Source: Candidatus Thorarchaeota archaeon (GTDB lineage Archaea > Asgardarchaeota > Thorarchaeia > Thorarchaeales > Thorarchaeaceae). Taken from it: 47,069 nt of DNA. Each line of letters starts with the position of its first letter. Positions within the stretch are counted from its first letter, which is position 1. Where the stretch lies: the NCBI GenBank assembly GCA_011364905.1, contig RDNZ01000022.1, positions 1 through 47,069 of the forward strand, read 5' to 3'. Made by a program: the position numbers and the translations under genes. Positions 18,305 to 27,806 of this stretch are shown one piece after another. Below the pieces are notes generated by a model, which did not search any database, was not told the origin of the DNA, and worked only from the letters and a program-made list of their open reading frames with translations.

Positions 18305-20335
18305 ATGACGAAGATGAACGATGAAGAACTGCTTTATACAAAGGACGAGCTCCAATTTCGCTCAAAGGTACGAGAATGGATCCAAAAAGAACTTGCATCT
18401 ATTGCTGATAATATTACAGATCCAGAATTTGATTACCGTGGCTATTTTAAGAAGCTTGGAGACTATGGTCTCTCCGGATTACTCATACCCAAGAAGTATG
18501 GAGGTTCTGAAAGACCCTTCATGTACCAACTCATTGCTGGAGAAGAGCTCTCAGCTGTCTGTCCATCCGCAACGATGATGTTTGGAGCGAGTTGCACGCT
18601 TTCTGCGATTCCCATCCTCCGTTTTGGAACTGAAGAACAAAAACAGAAGTATCTTGTTCCCCTTGCGAAAGGAGAAAAAATAGGGTCTCTTGCCATTACT
18701 GAACCAAAAGTGGGCAGTGACACAGCTGGCATGGTGACAAATGCAAAATGGGATGATAACGAGGAATGCTGGATTCTTAATGGAGAGAAGAGGTACATAT
18801 CAAATGGGAGTATTGCTGACCAGATTGTTGTCTTTGCAATCACCGATTCAACTGTTGACAGTAAGAGCGGCATGTCGGCATTCATTATTGAAACCAGTTG
18901 GGAGGGTTTCAAGGTCGAGAAAGACTTTGACTTGATGGGCCGAGAAGGAGTTCGAGTATCTCATATCTCTTTCAACAATTTGAAAGTACCAAAGGATAAT
19001 CTTCTTGGAAAGGAGAATCAGGGCTTTCTTATTCTCATGAATGAGTTGGATTCGGAACGCGTGGGAATAGCTGCAGAGGCACTTGGCTGTATGAGGACAC
19101 CTTTCGAGATTGCAGTTCAATACTCTCAGGAACGTGAGCAATTTGGGGTTCCCATTTCTCGTTTTGAGGGTGTTTCTTTCAAGATTGCTGATATGGCTAT
19201 GAAGATGCGAGCTGCCCGTTTGCTCTTGATTTCGGCTGCTAGAATGATTCAACACGATATTCCATGCACAAAGGAGGCCACAATAGCTAAACTGTATGCA
19301 AGTGAAGTTTCCGTAGAATGTTGCGACCTAGCAATCCAGATATGTGGTGGTGCGGGATATGTGAAGGACTACTATCCATTGGAGCGGTTTTATAGAGATG
19401 CTAGGTTGGGAACAATTGGCGGTGGTACGTCAGAGGTTCTTAGATATTTGATTCAAAGAGAGGTTTACATTGAGAGTCGGCGTGGTTCCGATTCTGAGAT
19501 TCTATCTGATGTTGAGAATTTGGATTTCAACTCAATGATGGCTGCTATTCCGAACGGATTTCGGCCCGATCGTGCAGAGGGTGTTTCTGCAGTAATCAGT
19601 TTCTCCTTCGATAACTCTGATTCATGGTCGCTCAGGATAGAGAATCAAACATGCACCATCGAAAAGGGGCGTACCGATGATCCGAACATGACAGTAAGGA
19701 CAGACTCATCGACATGGAGAGATATTCTTCTTGGTAAACTTGATGCAATGCAGGCTATGATGACAGAAAAAGTGGTAATCGATACCGACGATATGGAGCT
19801 TCTCATGAAATTCGCTAGAATGTTCAGATTCACTCCGGAAATGCTTCAAGGTATATCAAGCTCCAGCGAACATACCAAGGACAACCAAGAAGCATCAAAA
19901 CCAGCTAAATTCAAACTTGGTAAGAGTCTGGATGAGATAGAGATAGGGGAAAAAGCTGAATCAACAATGGTTGTTTCAGATGAACACATTAGGCTCTACG
20001 CTCAGATGTCCGGAGACTATAATGCACTTCATATGGATGACGAATATGCGGCCACTACGATTTTTGGTAGGCGAATAGCTCATGGTCCCATAGGCGGAGC
20101 ACTTGTTGCTCGTGTAATTGGGACACAACTACCAGGTCTCGGAACACTTGCTTTCAACATGAAAGTGAACTTCAAAGCTCCTGTCTATCCTGGCGATGAG
20201 ATTAGAGCAGTCGTTGAAGTGACTGAAAAAGAACCTGAGAATAACTTATGCCGCTTAAAGTTCGATGTTTACAATGAGGATGGAATCGTTGTAATGGATG
20301 GATACGCTAATGTCATGCCCCCTCTCAAGGATTGA
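18305..20335 (+). CDS. Acyl-CoA dehydrogenase - SCP2 - MaoC (R-hydratase) tri-domain fusion
   Basis: ITEP..GSD, LNGEKRYISNG, REQFG, GGAGY, GGGTSE; SCP2-like FRPDRAEG...LDAMQAMM; MaoC SGDYNALH.D...FGRRIAHG. Confidence 0.9.
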   Translation: MTKMNDEELLYTKDELQFRSKVREWIQKELASIADNITDPEFDYRGYFKKLGDYGLSGLLIPKKYGGSERPFMYQLIAGEELSAVCPSATMMFGASCTLSAIPILRFGTEEQKQKYLVPLAKGEKIGSLAITEPKVGSDTAGMVTNAKWDDNEECWILNGEKRYISNGSIADQIVVFAITDSTVDSKSGMSAFIIETSWEGFKVEKDFDLMGREGVRVSHISFNNLKVPKDNLLGKENQGFLILMNELDSERVGIAAEALGCMRTPFEIAVQYSQEREQFGVPISRFEGVSFKIADMAMKMRAARLLLISAARMIQHDIPCTKEATIAKLYASEVSVECCDLAIQICGGAGYVKDYYPLERFYRDARLGTIGGGTSEVLRYLIQREVYIESRRGSDSEILSDVENLDFNSMMAAIPNGFRPDRAEGVSAVISFSFDNSDSWSLRIENQTCTIEKGRTDDPNMTVRTDSSTWRDILLGKLDAMQAMMTEKVVIDTDDMELLMKFARMFRFTPEMLQGISSSSEHTKDNQEASKPAKFKLGKSLDEIEIGEKAESTMVVSDEHIRLYAQMSGDYNALHMDDEYAATTIFGRRIAHGPIGGALVARVIGTQLPGLGTLAFNMKVNFKAPVYPGDEIRAVVEVTEKEPENNLCRLKFDVYNEDGIVVMDGYANVMPPLKD

Positions 20336-20368
20336 ACAACAAGATTCAACAGGTTAGCGCCCACCAAC

Positions 20369-21691
20369 ATGTCTGTCATGAATCAAGAGAAATCTGCAAG
20401 AGATAATGCCCTTAAGGTCTTAAACAACTACGACAAAGCCTCGACCTCAATAAAGGCTGTTCTTCGCGATATGCAAACCGCATCTGCAGACTATTCCGAT
20501 TCGTTCCTCCATACACATGCTCTGGCAATGTCAGTTGTAAGATTCAGAAACACGATTGACTTTTTGATTTCCAAATCGTTGACAAAACAAGCTCTACAAA
20601 ACCTCAGTATTCGAGACCATAACTTACTCCGTCTTGCCATCTATGAGGCCAAGTTTCTCCATGCAGATGCAAATGACTTGCTTTCCTTCTATCCTGAAAT
20701 CGAGTCACAATTCCTAGACGAGTTTGTACAGGCTACTAATTTTGATTGGGAGTCAGCCATAGAAAAGATGCCTTTGGTTAATAGTCTGAGCCTGAAGTAT
20801 TCGTATCCCACCTTTCTTGTGAAAACTTTGCTTGACAATCTTGGTAGAGATGAAACCATAGAACTACTGACAACGGATACTCATACTCGAGCATACTACA
20901 TACGCCCCAATCGGCTCTACAAAGATTACGAAACAGTGCTAGACGAGCTCACCAATGTCAAGTTGATACAGGACCCTAATGTGCCAGATGTCTATAGAGT
21001 CATTGAGGGCATTGACTCAATATTTGGTACTCAGGCTTTCAAAGACGGGCGTCTAATTGTACAGGACAAAGCTAGTGTGCTCACCGTGAATGTTCTTGAT
21101 CCCCAGCCTGGTCAGAGGATTTGGGACGCATGCGCAGCCCCCGGTATGAAAACCCAGTTCATTGTTGAGAAAATGCAGGGTATAGGGCACATAACCGCTA
21201 GTGATGTCTATGAGGACCGAGTGAAAACAGCCGTTGGACTTTCAAAAAAGTTCGGAGCGACTCAGATAGAATGGGCTTGCTCGGATGCGACTAAACCTTC
21301 AGTGCATGATGCTGACAAAATTCTGATTGATGCACCGTGCACATCCACAGGTGTCTTGCAAGCCTATCCATCATTCAAATGGCGATTGAACAAGGAAACA
21401 CTCTTTGCGTTGATGACTGTACAGAACAAAATCCTTGATGCTGTTTTGTCTGACTATGCAGATAAACCAGGCACAGAGGTTGTATTCTCAACCTGTTCAA
21501 TTTTGCCTCATGAAGGTGAATCTCAAATCGATTCGGCATTGAAACGACACAATGTAGAGCTTCTGCAACCATCGGATTATGGGGACCAGGGCTATCCTGG
21601 ATTTGATTGCTCAGCAATGGTTACACGTCTTTTTCCACATAAACACGAATCAAGTGGTTTCTTTATAGCCCGGTTGAGAATCAAGCACTGA
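20369..21691 (+). CDS. RsmB/NOL1/NOP2 RNA m5C methyltransferase with NusB-like N-terminus
   Basis: QDKAS, DACAAPGMKT, LIDAPC, STCS, GFFIA; N-terminal LLRLAIYE. Confidence 0.92.
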   Translation: MSVMNQEKSARDNALKVLNNYDKASTSIKAVLRDMQTASADYSDSFLHTHALAMSVVRFRNTIDFLISKSLTKQALQNLSIRDHNLLRLAIYEAKFLHADANDLLSFYPEIESQFLDEFVQATNFDWESAIEKMPLVNSLSLKYSYPTFLVKTLLDNLGRDETIELLTTDTHTRAYYIRPNRLYKDYETVLDELTNVKLIQDPNVPDVYRVIEGIDSIFGTQAFKDGRLIVQDKASVLTVNVLDPQPGQRIWDACAAPGMKTQFIVEKMQGIGHITASDVYEDRVKTAVGLSKKFGATQIEWACSDATKPSVHDADKILIDAPCTSTGVLQAYPSFKWRLNKETLFALMTVQNKILDAVLSDYADKPGTEVVFSTCSILPHEGESQIDSALKRHNVELLQPSDYGDQGYPGFDCSAMVTRLFPHKHESSGFFIARLRIKH

Positions 21692-22685
21692 TATTTCTCT
21701 CAACTGATTCCATTACCCGGCGGGCGAATTCTCGGTCATCTTTGAAAGACCAGGGGATCTCTAGGAAAAGTTTGTTCGCAGTTATCATCAAATTCTGGTC
21801 CCGGTTGACTAACACCTTGAAAATCAGTTTTGTCCATCCAAAACATGGATGTTCTTGAAATGTCTGAGTTTCCCCCGATTGCGCAGCTGTTTTTGTTAAA
21901 TACGCAATCCCGTCTTTGGCATTTCCTAACATTAAATCTGCTAAGGCCGCCATGCAAGCTAGCGTGACTGCATTCTTGATCATGCCTGACTTGATATAGG
22001 ATGCGGCCCCGTCCTTATACTCTTGCGCTTTCTTTGTATAGAGCGACCTACCATGACTGATTATTAGGTCTCTTGACTCCTCTTTCGGATTTGCTTTTTT
22101 GAGCGTAACACCTCCGAGGACAGCAGCTTTAATCTCAGCCTGCATTTCGGTGGTAGGACTTTGCTTTGCCACCTCTTCAATCTTTGTGACTATTGCATCT
22201 CCTGCTTTCATGAGCGACTGTTTGATCTCACTATCATTCAATGCTGGGTCTTTGGTGGCAATGCCCTCTTCATAGACCTCTCGCGCAGCGCGAAACAAAT
22301 CGTATGCCTTCTCGTACAAGTCGTTCTTATTGGCAAAGTTAATCGCTTTGATGTACGCCTGCAGTGCATTGTCCGTTTCGCCAAGATTCTCAAATTGTGA
22401 TGCAGATTCGATCAACCAGGGGAATGCGTCAGTACTGTTCGAATCAAGGGCATCTTGCCCTCTCGCAAGAGAACTATATGCGTCGATACATATTGTAGAT
22501 CGTTCGGGCACTTCGCACTTTGCTTTCACTTCTTGTTCTGGTAGCTTCAAGCCTCTTAGCCTACAATAGAGTGTCTCGTCCTCCTTTGTTCCAAGCCAAG
22601 TGCATTTGCCTTCCGCTGCCAAGCAGTTTTCACGTCCAACTTGTCTATCTGATGATGTTACTTGAATGTTAAAAAACCAACCCAC
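21681..22685 (-). CDS. Hypothetical protein: Cys-rich N-terminus, TPR/SNAP-like helical repeats, central WH2-like motif
   Basis: 334-aa ORF; helical repeats such as ASQFENLGETDNALQAYIKA; EMQAEIKAAVLGGVTLKKA. Start uncertain. Confidence 0.7.
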   Translation of the reverse strand: MGWFFNIQVTSSDRQVGRENCLAAEGKCTWLGTKEDETLYCRLRGLKLPEQEVKAKCEVPERSTICIDAYSSLARGQDALDSNSTDAFPWLIESASQFENLGETDNALQAYIKAINFANKNDLYEKAYDLFRAAREVYEEGIATKDPALNDSEIKQSLMKAGDAIVTKIEEVAKQSPTTEMQAEIKAAVLGGVTLKKANPKEESRDLIISHGRSLYTKKAQEYKDGAASYIKSGMIKNAVTLACMAALADLMLGNAKDGIAYLTKTAAQSGETQTFQEHPCFGWTKLIFKVLVNRDQNLMITANKLFLEIPWSFKDDREFARRVMESVERNISA

Positions 22686-22741
22686 GCTGTATCGTTATCT
22701 TTAACTGCATCCAGAAAAGGCAAAACAACGAGGAGTTTACG

Positions 22742-23149
22742 CTGAATGATGACGACACAGAGCTCGCCATGATAAGACGAAAGAAAATGGCGGAGCTTGT
22801 GGCTCGAGAGAAAAAGATGCAAGAACAGAAGGAACAAATGGAGAAGAGTGAAGTTGAGCGGGCCAAGCTTCTTCAAAGATTCCTCGACTCTGAAGCTCAA
22901 AAATATCTCTCATCCCTCAAGCAGAAGGAATCACCTATTGGGAAACGTGTAGAGGATATCCTTCTCTATCTAATTGTTTACAGGGGATTGCGTCAAACGA
23001 TTACTCAACTTGATGTACGATATGTGGAGCGTCAGGTAAAGGGTGAAGGTCCTAAAATTCGTGTGCAACGTGATGGAGAAACTTCAGACTTCGGTTCATA
23101 TGTTAGGGAAGCCATTAAAGATAGTTCAGACGAATCTGGCAAAGATTAA
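22742..23149 (+). CDS. PDCD5-like dsDNA-binding protein, probable CTG start
   Basis: In-frame extension gives (M)NDDDTELAMIRRKKMAEL, the typical family N-terminus; LL...LDSEA...L..LK core; GAGGAG 6 nt before CTG 22742. Confidence 0.8.
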   Translation: MNDDDTELAMIRRKKMAELVAREKKMQEQKEQMEKSEVERAKLLQRFLDSEAQKYLSSLKQKESPIGKRVEDILLYLIVYRGLRQTITQLDVRYVERQVKGEGPKIRVQRDGETSDFGSYVREAIKDSSDESGKD

Positions 23150-23277
23150 ACCATTGTACCTTCCCCGGTGACGAAGTCCTTCATTGATATCGTCTGACAT
23201 GATGATCCATATTTGAGGTCCATATCCATCGATAATTAAATGGGAGTTGCTCGGAAGGCAATTAGGAGTTTCCAACC

Positions 23278-24033
23278 TTGATACTCTTCGACGCACATAC
23301 ACACATAGATATGAATCAGTTCAAGAACGACCGAGAACAGGTCATTCAACGTGCAAAGAATATTGGTCTTATTGGAATGGTGACCAGCTCAATTGGTACG
23401 GCCTCATTCCGCAGGACATTGGGGATTGTCAAGAAACACCGTGGTTTTATTCATCATTCAGCAGGTTGTGGAGTGTCACAGCTGACACCAGATGAAGCGG
23501 AAAAGATAGTGGTTCTGACGAGAAAGTATTCAGATGAAATTGTTGCTGTCGGAGAGGTGGGTTTGGATTACTACTGGGTAAAGGACTTACAAGCTCGCAA
23601 AAATCAAGAACCCCTTTTTCAAAGATTTATCGATCTCGCAAACGAGCTAAATCTGCCCATTGTTATTCATTCCCGAAAAGCTGAAGCAGAAGCAACTGAG
23701 TTACTTGAGAGGAGTTTCACGGGAGATGTTCTGATGCATTGTTTTGATGGACCTCCAGAGGTTGCAAAGAGAGTTGCTGACAATGGGTGGTGCATCACTC
23801 TTCCATCTAACTTCGGGAAGTATAGAAATCGACGAGCTGCTGCTAGTATTGTACCTTTGGGCCAGATCCTTCTGGAAACTGATGGTCCGTATCTTTCACC
23901 GACACCTGATAGAAACGAACCCGCAAACACTCTTTATGGTGCAGAAACTCTAAGCAAGCTGTTAGACCTTCCAGTTGATGATATCGGCGATGCCACAACC
24001 CGGAATGCTCTCCGTTTCTATAGGCTGCAATAG
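23278..24033 (+). CDS. tatD: TatD family nuclease
   Basis: DAHTH, VGEVGLDY, IHSRKA, MHCF, LETDGPY. Confidence 0.95.
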   Translation: MILFDAHTHIDMNQFKNDREQVIQRAKNIGLIGMVTSSIGTASFRRTLGIVKKHRGFIHHSAGCGVSQLTPDEAEKIVVLTRKYSDEIVAVGEVGLDYYWVKDLQARKNQEPLFQRFIDLANELNLPIVIHSRKAEAEATELLERSFTGDVLMHCFDGPPEVAKRVADNGWCITLPSNFGKYRNRRAAASIVPLGQILLETDGPYLSPTPDRNEPANTLYGAETLSKLLDLPVDDIGDATTRNALRFYRLQ

Positions 24034-24078
24034 TCCCTGACCCAAAGTACCAAATGGATTTATTGTCTAACACTAATT

Positions 24079-24870
24079 ATGTATACTCGCCGGTTCATGA
24101 ATGTCGAAGCGAAGTCTCTAAAATCCCCAATAGGCATAGTTGGTTTGCCTGGTATTGCCAATGTTGGCCGTATTGCCATTCAAACGCTAAATGCAGTTCT
24201 TGACGCTCGGCATGTAGTGGATTTCTACAGCAGCGATTTTCCGCCTCGAGTTTTGGTCAGTAAAGGGATATCCCATGTGCCAAAGTCATCAATTCATCTC
24301 TATCGTGCAGCACCAGATGAACCTCATGATCTCCTCATATTGACTGCAGATTTTCAACCGGCTTCTGGTAATGGTGTATTCGAGTATGCGGATTATGTTG
24401 CTGGCGAGTTTTCAAACCTAGGAGTAAAAGAAATGTTTTCATTGGCGGCTTACGAACAAGGCTATCAGGAGTATTTCGAATCGTTTCCCTCTCCTCCCAG
24501 AGTATACATCTCTGCAAGTTCTCAAGCACTCTTGGATAAACTCTCAAAAACTGATGGGATGGTCGTGACCGATGAAGGTGTTGTTGTCGGCGCAAACGGC
24601 GTAATCCCGAACTGGGCAGCTTCACTCTATAATATGGAAGGTGCATGTCTTTTAGGAGAAACCATAGGCGTTATCAAAGCTGACTATCGGGCCGCACGAA
24701 TACTTCTCGAGAAAATAGCAGACTTTGTAGGCATTAAGGCGCATTTCGATATAATTGACACAGAAATCGAAAAAGTTGTTGAATTCATAAAATGGGCTAT
24801 GGATGAAATTGCTCAGAAAGGACCTCCCCCGAACACTGAAGCAAGCCCGTCTGACCGTTACATTGGTTAA
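24079..24870 (+). CDS. Proteasome assembly chaperone PAC2 family protein
   Basis: GLPGIANVG, DFPP, DFQP, GACLLGET, D..AA. Confidence 0.88.
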   Translation: MYTRRFMNVEAKSLKSPIGIVGLPGIANVGRIAIQTLNAVLDARHVVDFYSSDFPPRVLVSKGISHVPKSSIHLYRAAPDEPHDLLILTADFQPASGNGVFEYADYVAGEFSNLGVKEMFSLAAYEQGYQEYFESFPSPPRVYISASSQALLDKLSKTDGMVVTDEGVVVGANGVIPNWAASLYNMEGACLLGETIGVIKADYRAARILLEKIADFVGIKAHFDIIDTEIEKVVEFIKWAMDEIAQKGPPPNTEASPSDRYIG

Positions 24871-24871
24871 A

Positions 24872-25063
24872 TCACTCAACAAGTTCAGGGTGCAAAATAT
24901 CAGTTATCCAAGCTTGGCTGTCGAGGTTTATGTAGAAGTAATGGTCTTCGTGTTTGACCTTCACAGTGAACGGAAATCTGTCCGCTTTGTCGATCACATC
25001 AGGAGGAACTATCAAAACTGTTCTTTTGGAACAGATCGGGCACTTGGCATATCTTTCGAACAT
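24872..25063 (-). CDS. Small putative Zn-binding protein (CxxC...HxxH)
   Basis: CPIC...FPFTVKVKHEDHYFYINLD; co-oriented with 25076..25480. Confidence 0.7.
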   Translation of the reverse strand: MFERYAKCPICSKRTVLIVPPDVIDKADRFPFTVKVKHEDHYFYINLDSQAWITDILHPELVE

Positions 25064-25075
25064 TTTTCGTCCATC

Positions 25076-25480
25076 CTATATTACTGAGGAGTCATCACTA
25101 AGGACAATTGAGGCATTATGCAACGCTGGACTCTCGAGAGATTCAGTGAAGATCTGAATAAGGCTCTCTGAACTTCTTTCAGCGAGTGTGTTTGAGTTAA
25201 CTGCAACAATGCGCAAGTTTTCATAGACTCCAGATTCAGCAAGAAACTTCGCTTGCATACCATCTATTGAGAGCTCAAGGATGAGAAACTTCGCAAAGTC
25301 TTTAAACTCATTCTTAGGGCCTCTAAGTTTGCCAGATATTCGTGTGATTTTGTCGCTCTCAGCAATGGTGTTAAGCAAGTATTTGCGTATAATTTGATTA
25401 CCAACTTTTCGACGGATATCTATGAATTCCTCTGCTTCTGAATCTGACCTCTGCAATGTCCAAGTTTGTCCAGACTGCAT
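25076..25480 (-). CDS. Hypothetical protein
   Basis: 134-aa ORF filling the gap between genes; no family recognised. Confidence 0.6.
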   Translation of the reverse strand: MQSGQTWTLQRSDSEAEEFIDIRRKVGNQIIRKYLLNTIAESDKITRISGKLRGPKNEFKDFAKFLILELSIDGMQAKFLAESGVYENLRIVAVNSNTLAERSSESLIQIFTESLESPALHNASIVLSDDSSVI

Positions 25481-25616
25481 CTAAAGCCAAGTGACTAGAG
25501 ATTTCTAGAGAATATAGACGTTATCTAGGTGTACTAAAGACATTTTACCCGCTCGGAATATCTTTATTTATTAGCGCGCAGTCCTTGGTTCAGAAGGATT
25601 AGGACGGAGTCAAAGA

Positions 25617-26321
25617 ATGCAAACAGTTGACATGGTTATTCGAGAAGTCCACGCTGGGCTATGGTTTCTAGTTGTAGGGTACTACTTCTTCCTTTTCATA
25701 TTCCTGCTTTTCTTCCGATGGAAGAAGACCCGAAATCCGTTCCAGTTTGCCATGGCATTGTTCTTCTTGTTGTTAGCTGTTGGTCGTGTCTTCTATTTCA
25801 TCGGAGACTTCTATGCGGCTCCTCAAACTCTGTCTGGCTACCCTCCATTTATTACTGACATTTCATACACATTCTTTCTGATGGCAGGAGCATTCTTCCA
25901 ATGGATGGCGTTAGCATTGTTATCCGCAACAGCCGGCTTCATGATATTCGGGAAGCGTTGGGCTGAAATTGGGTTTGCCGTTCCTGCAGTTGCCATAGGA
26001 CTAGTCCTTGGGTTTATTCCACTGACAGACACTACAAGGGTAATTCTTTCAGGTGGCGCTGGTGCAATATACGCCTTATTCATTCCAATCTTATTCTGGT
26101 ACTTGGCATATCAGTCAGGAGGAATGCTTCGAAGGTCTAACCTGTTCTTAGGACTTGGATTCTTTGTGCTATTTGCGGGACGGGTTGTTCATGCTGCACG
26201 TTATGAATTGGCTGAGATGTTCTTTGGAACGATAACCATCCCTGGTATTGTCGCACCGGGTTTGATCGTCATTGGTCTAATTCTGATTGCAGCGGGTAAC
26301 GAATGGGGTCAATCCTCCTAG
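25617..26321 (+). CDS. Seven-transmembrane membrane protein
   Basis: Seven hydrophobic segments countable by eye; short loops; no soluble domain. Confidence 0.8.
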   Translation: MQTVDMVIREVHAGLWFLVVGYYFFLFIFLLFFRWKKTRNPFQFAMALFFLLLAVGRVFYFIGDFYAAPQTLSGYPPFITDISYTFFLMAGAFFQWMALALLSATAGFMIFGKRWAEIGFAVPAVAIGLVLGFIPLTDTTRVILSGGAGAIYALFIPILFWYLAYQSGGMLRRSNLFLGLGFFVLFAGRVVHAARYELAEMFFGTITIPGIVAPGLIVIGLILIAAGNEWGQSS

Positions 26322-26366
26322 ATGAGGGAACTTGTCTCTCCAGTAAAAGATCCATGACAGAGAGAA

Positions 26367-26978
26367 TTAACCAATCTCTCTCCACTCTAGTATCTTCATA
26401 TCCTCTAGGCTGTTGAGTGATTTCTGGACCTCTTTGAGAGTCAGTCCAATCTGGTCTGCTATATCTCTAGTCGTAAGCTTGCCGTCGCATTTCTTGGCCA
26501 CATCAAAGGTCTCTTGAGTCATTTGACCAAGACGAACAAGCATTGGGTTCACTTTTCCTTTTAGAACTGGAACGACGATTTTTGTTTCTGAGGCGTGACC
26601 ATCCTTAGTGATTTCATCTAGGGTTTTGTAGAATACCTCAAAAGGTTCAAGATTGCCATCCCAATCTTGAAGCATGTTGTCATACTTCTTTGTGAATGTA
26701 TTATTGATATCAGCTAACACAGCCATAGCTGCGTTTCCATCATCCACCTTGTCAACAGTTGCTGCCACTATTACATTGTCCTTCAACGAGAGGCAGATAT
26801 CGAATGCACCAAAGTCAATCACGTGTACTCTGTTTCCATCACTAAGCTCGCGGCCAAATTGGATTAAAGCAGTAAGGAATCCACTAATGAGATTGGGATC
26901 CATGTCAGCTTCGCCATACTTCCTGTCAAGGACACATAGGCCGCTGTCGGCAATCAGGATGTACACGGCTTGTATCAA
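26367..26978 (-). CDS. Longin-domain protein with C-terminal winged helix
   Basis: VYILIADSGLC...DPNLISGFLTALIQFGREL...F.KKY...L..WDG....F is an Asgard longin pattern; CDGKLTTRDIADQIG...L..L wHTH. Confidence 0.85.
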   Translation of the reverse strand: MIQAVYILIADSGLCVLDRKYGEADMDPNLISGFLTALIQFGRELSDGNRVHVIDFGAFDICLSLKDNVIVAATVDKVDDGNAAMAVLADINNTFTKKYDNMLQDWDGNLEPFEVFYKTLDEITKDGHASETKIVVPVLKGKVNPMLVRLGQMTQETFDVAKKCDGKLTTRDIADQIGLTLKEVQKSLNSLEDMKILEWREIG

Positions 26979-27107
26979 TGTGCGATTCTCCCACTGCTGG
27001 AATCATTGTGGATTATAGCACCTGTCTTTATATCACTTCGTGTGGCCTCCTACTCTGTTGAGAGAGGTTTATCTAGGGCCTCTAAAGCACAACAAATGGT
27101 GAATGCC

Positions 27108-27806
27108 TTGGATACAGCGAAGGATGCCAGAATACTTGTGCTTGAGGATGCACTCAGGCGCTTGAATGAAGTGGTTGGCAACAGGAAGCTTAAGCTCCAT
27201 ATAGACTATACTCAACTAGGCACACTTCTTCAACAAGCCGGTTCTTTGATTTATGAAGTCAAATACTCATATGTTCCCGCTACCACCCTTGCAGACTTGG
27301 AGGCAACTCAGAAGATTGTTGCGAACATTGGAGAATTCCGAAGAACTCTAGAAGAAGCCATCAGAACTTCTGGATATAAGCCGTCATCAGTGAAAGAGAC
27401 CCTAACATTGGCTGATGTATTCTATTCGTTTCGAATTGTTGAAACGGTTGTTCAGAAACTTCGGGACTTTGATGATGAACCCGCATATGCGGTTGATATT
27501 CTTGCAGTAGAGATCAGTCAAACCCAAGCAGTTTCCGGCTCGAAGAACCTAGTTGAATGCCGATGCACTGATGGCTCTAGAATTTGGAAGATTGTGACCA
27601 ACATTCAAGGTGTGACGCCGGGAATGAAGCTTGCATGTGCAGTATTGCCTCCAGTTGAGATGATGGATATTGTGAGCGAGGCGATGTTCCTAGGCGGACA
27701 ACCACTCTCAGAAGACACAGAGCTTGGACCATTAAGCAATCCACCACTTGCCATACTAGATCAGGCTCGTGCTCAAGTCCTGCATATAATAAAGAGGATG
27801 ACTTAG
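27108..27806 (+). CDS. Archaeal tRNA-binding protein (helical N-domain plus Trbp/EMAP OB fold)
   Basis: MDTAKDARILV N-terminus, IVTN, AVLPP, VSEAMFLG. Start moved to TTG 27108 after GGTGA. Confidence 0.85.
   Translation: MDTAKDARILVLEDALRRLNEVVGNRKLKLHIDYTQLGTLLQQAGSLIYEVKYSYVPATTLADLEATQKIVANIGEFRRTLEEAIRTSGYKPSSVKETLTLADVFYSFRIVETVVQKLRDFDDEPAYAVDILAVEISQTQAVSGSKNLVECRCTDGSRIWKIVTNIQGVTPGMKLACAVLPPVEMMDIVSEAMFLGGQPLSEDTELGPLSNPPLAILDQARAQVLHIIKRMT

Noticed and set aside
23146-23229. 27-codon minus-strand ORF between PDCD5 and tatD
   Set aside because: Too short, with no motif or RBS support
26970-27107. N-terminal extension of the tRNA-binding ORF
   Set aside because: Overlaps the divergent longin gene start and promoter; the family N-terminus begins at 27108
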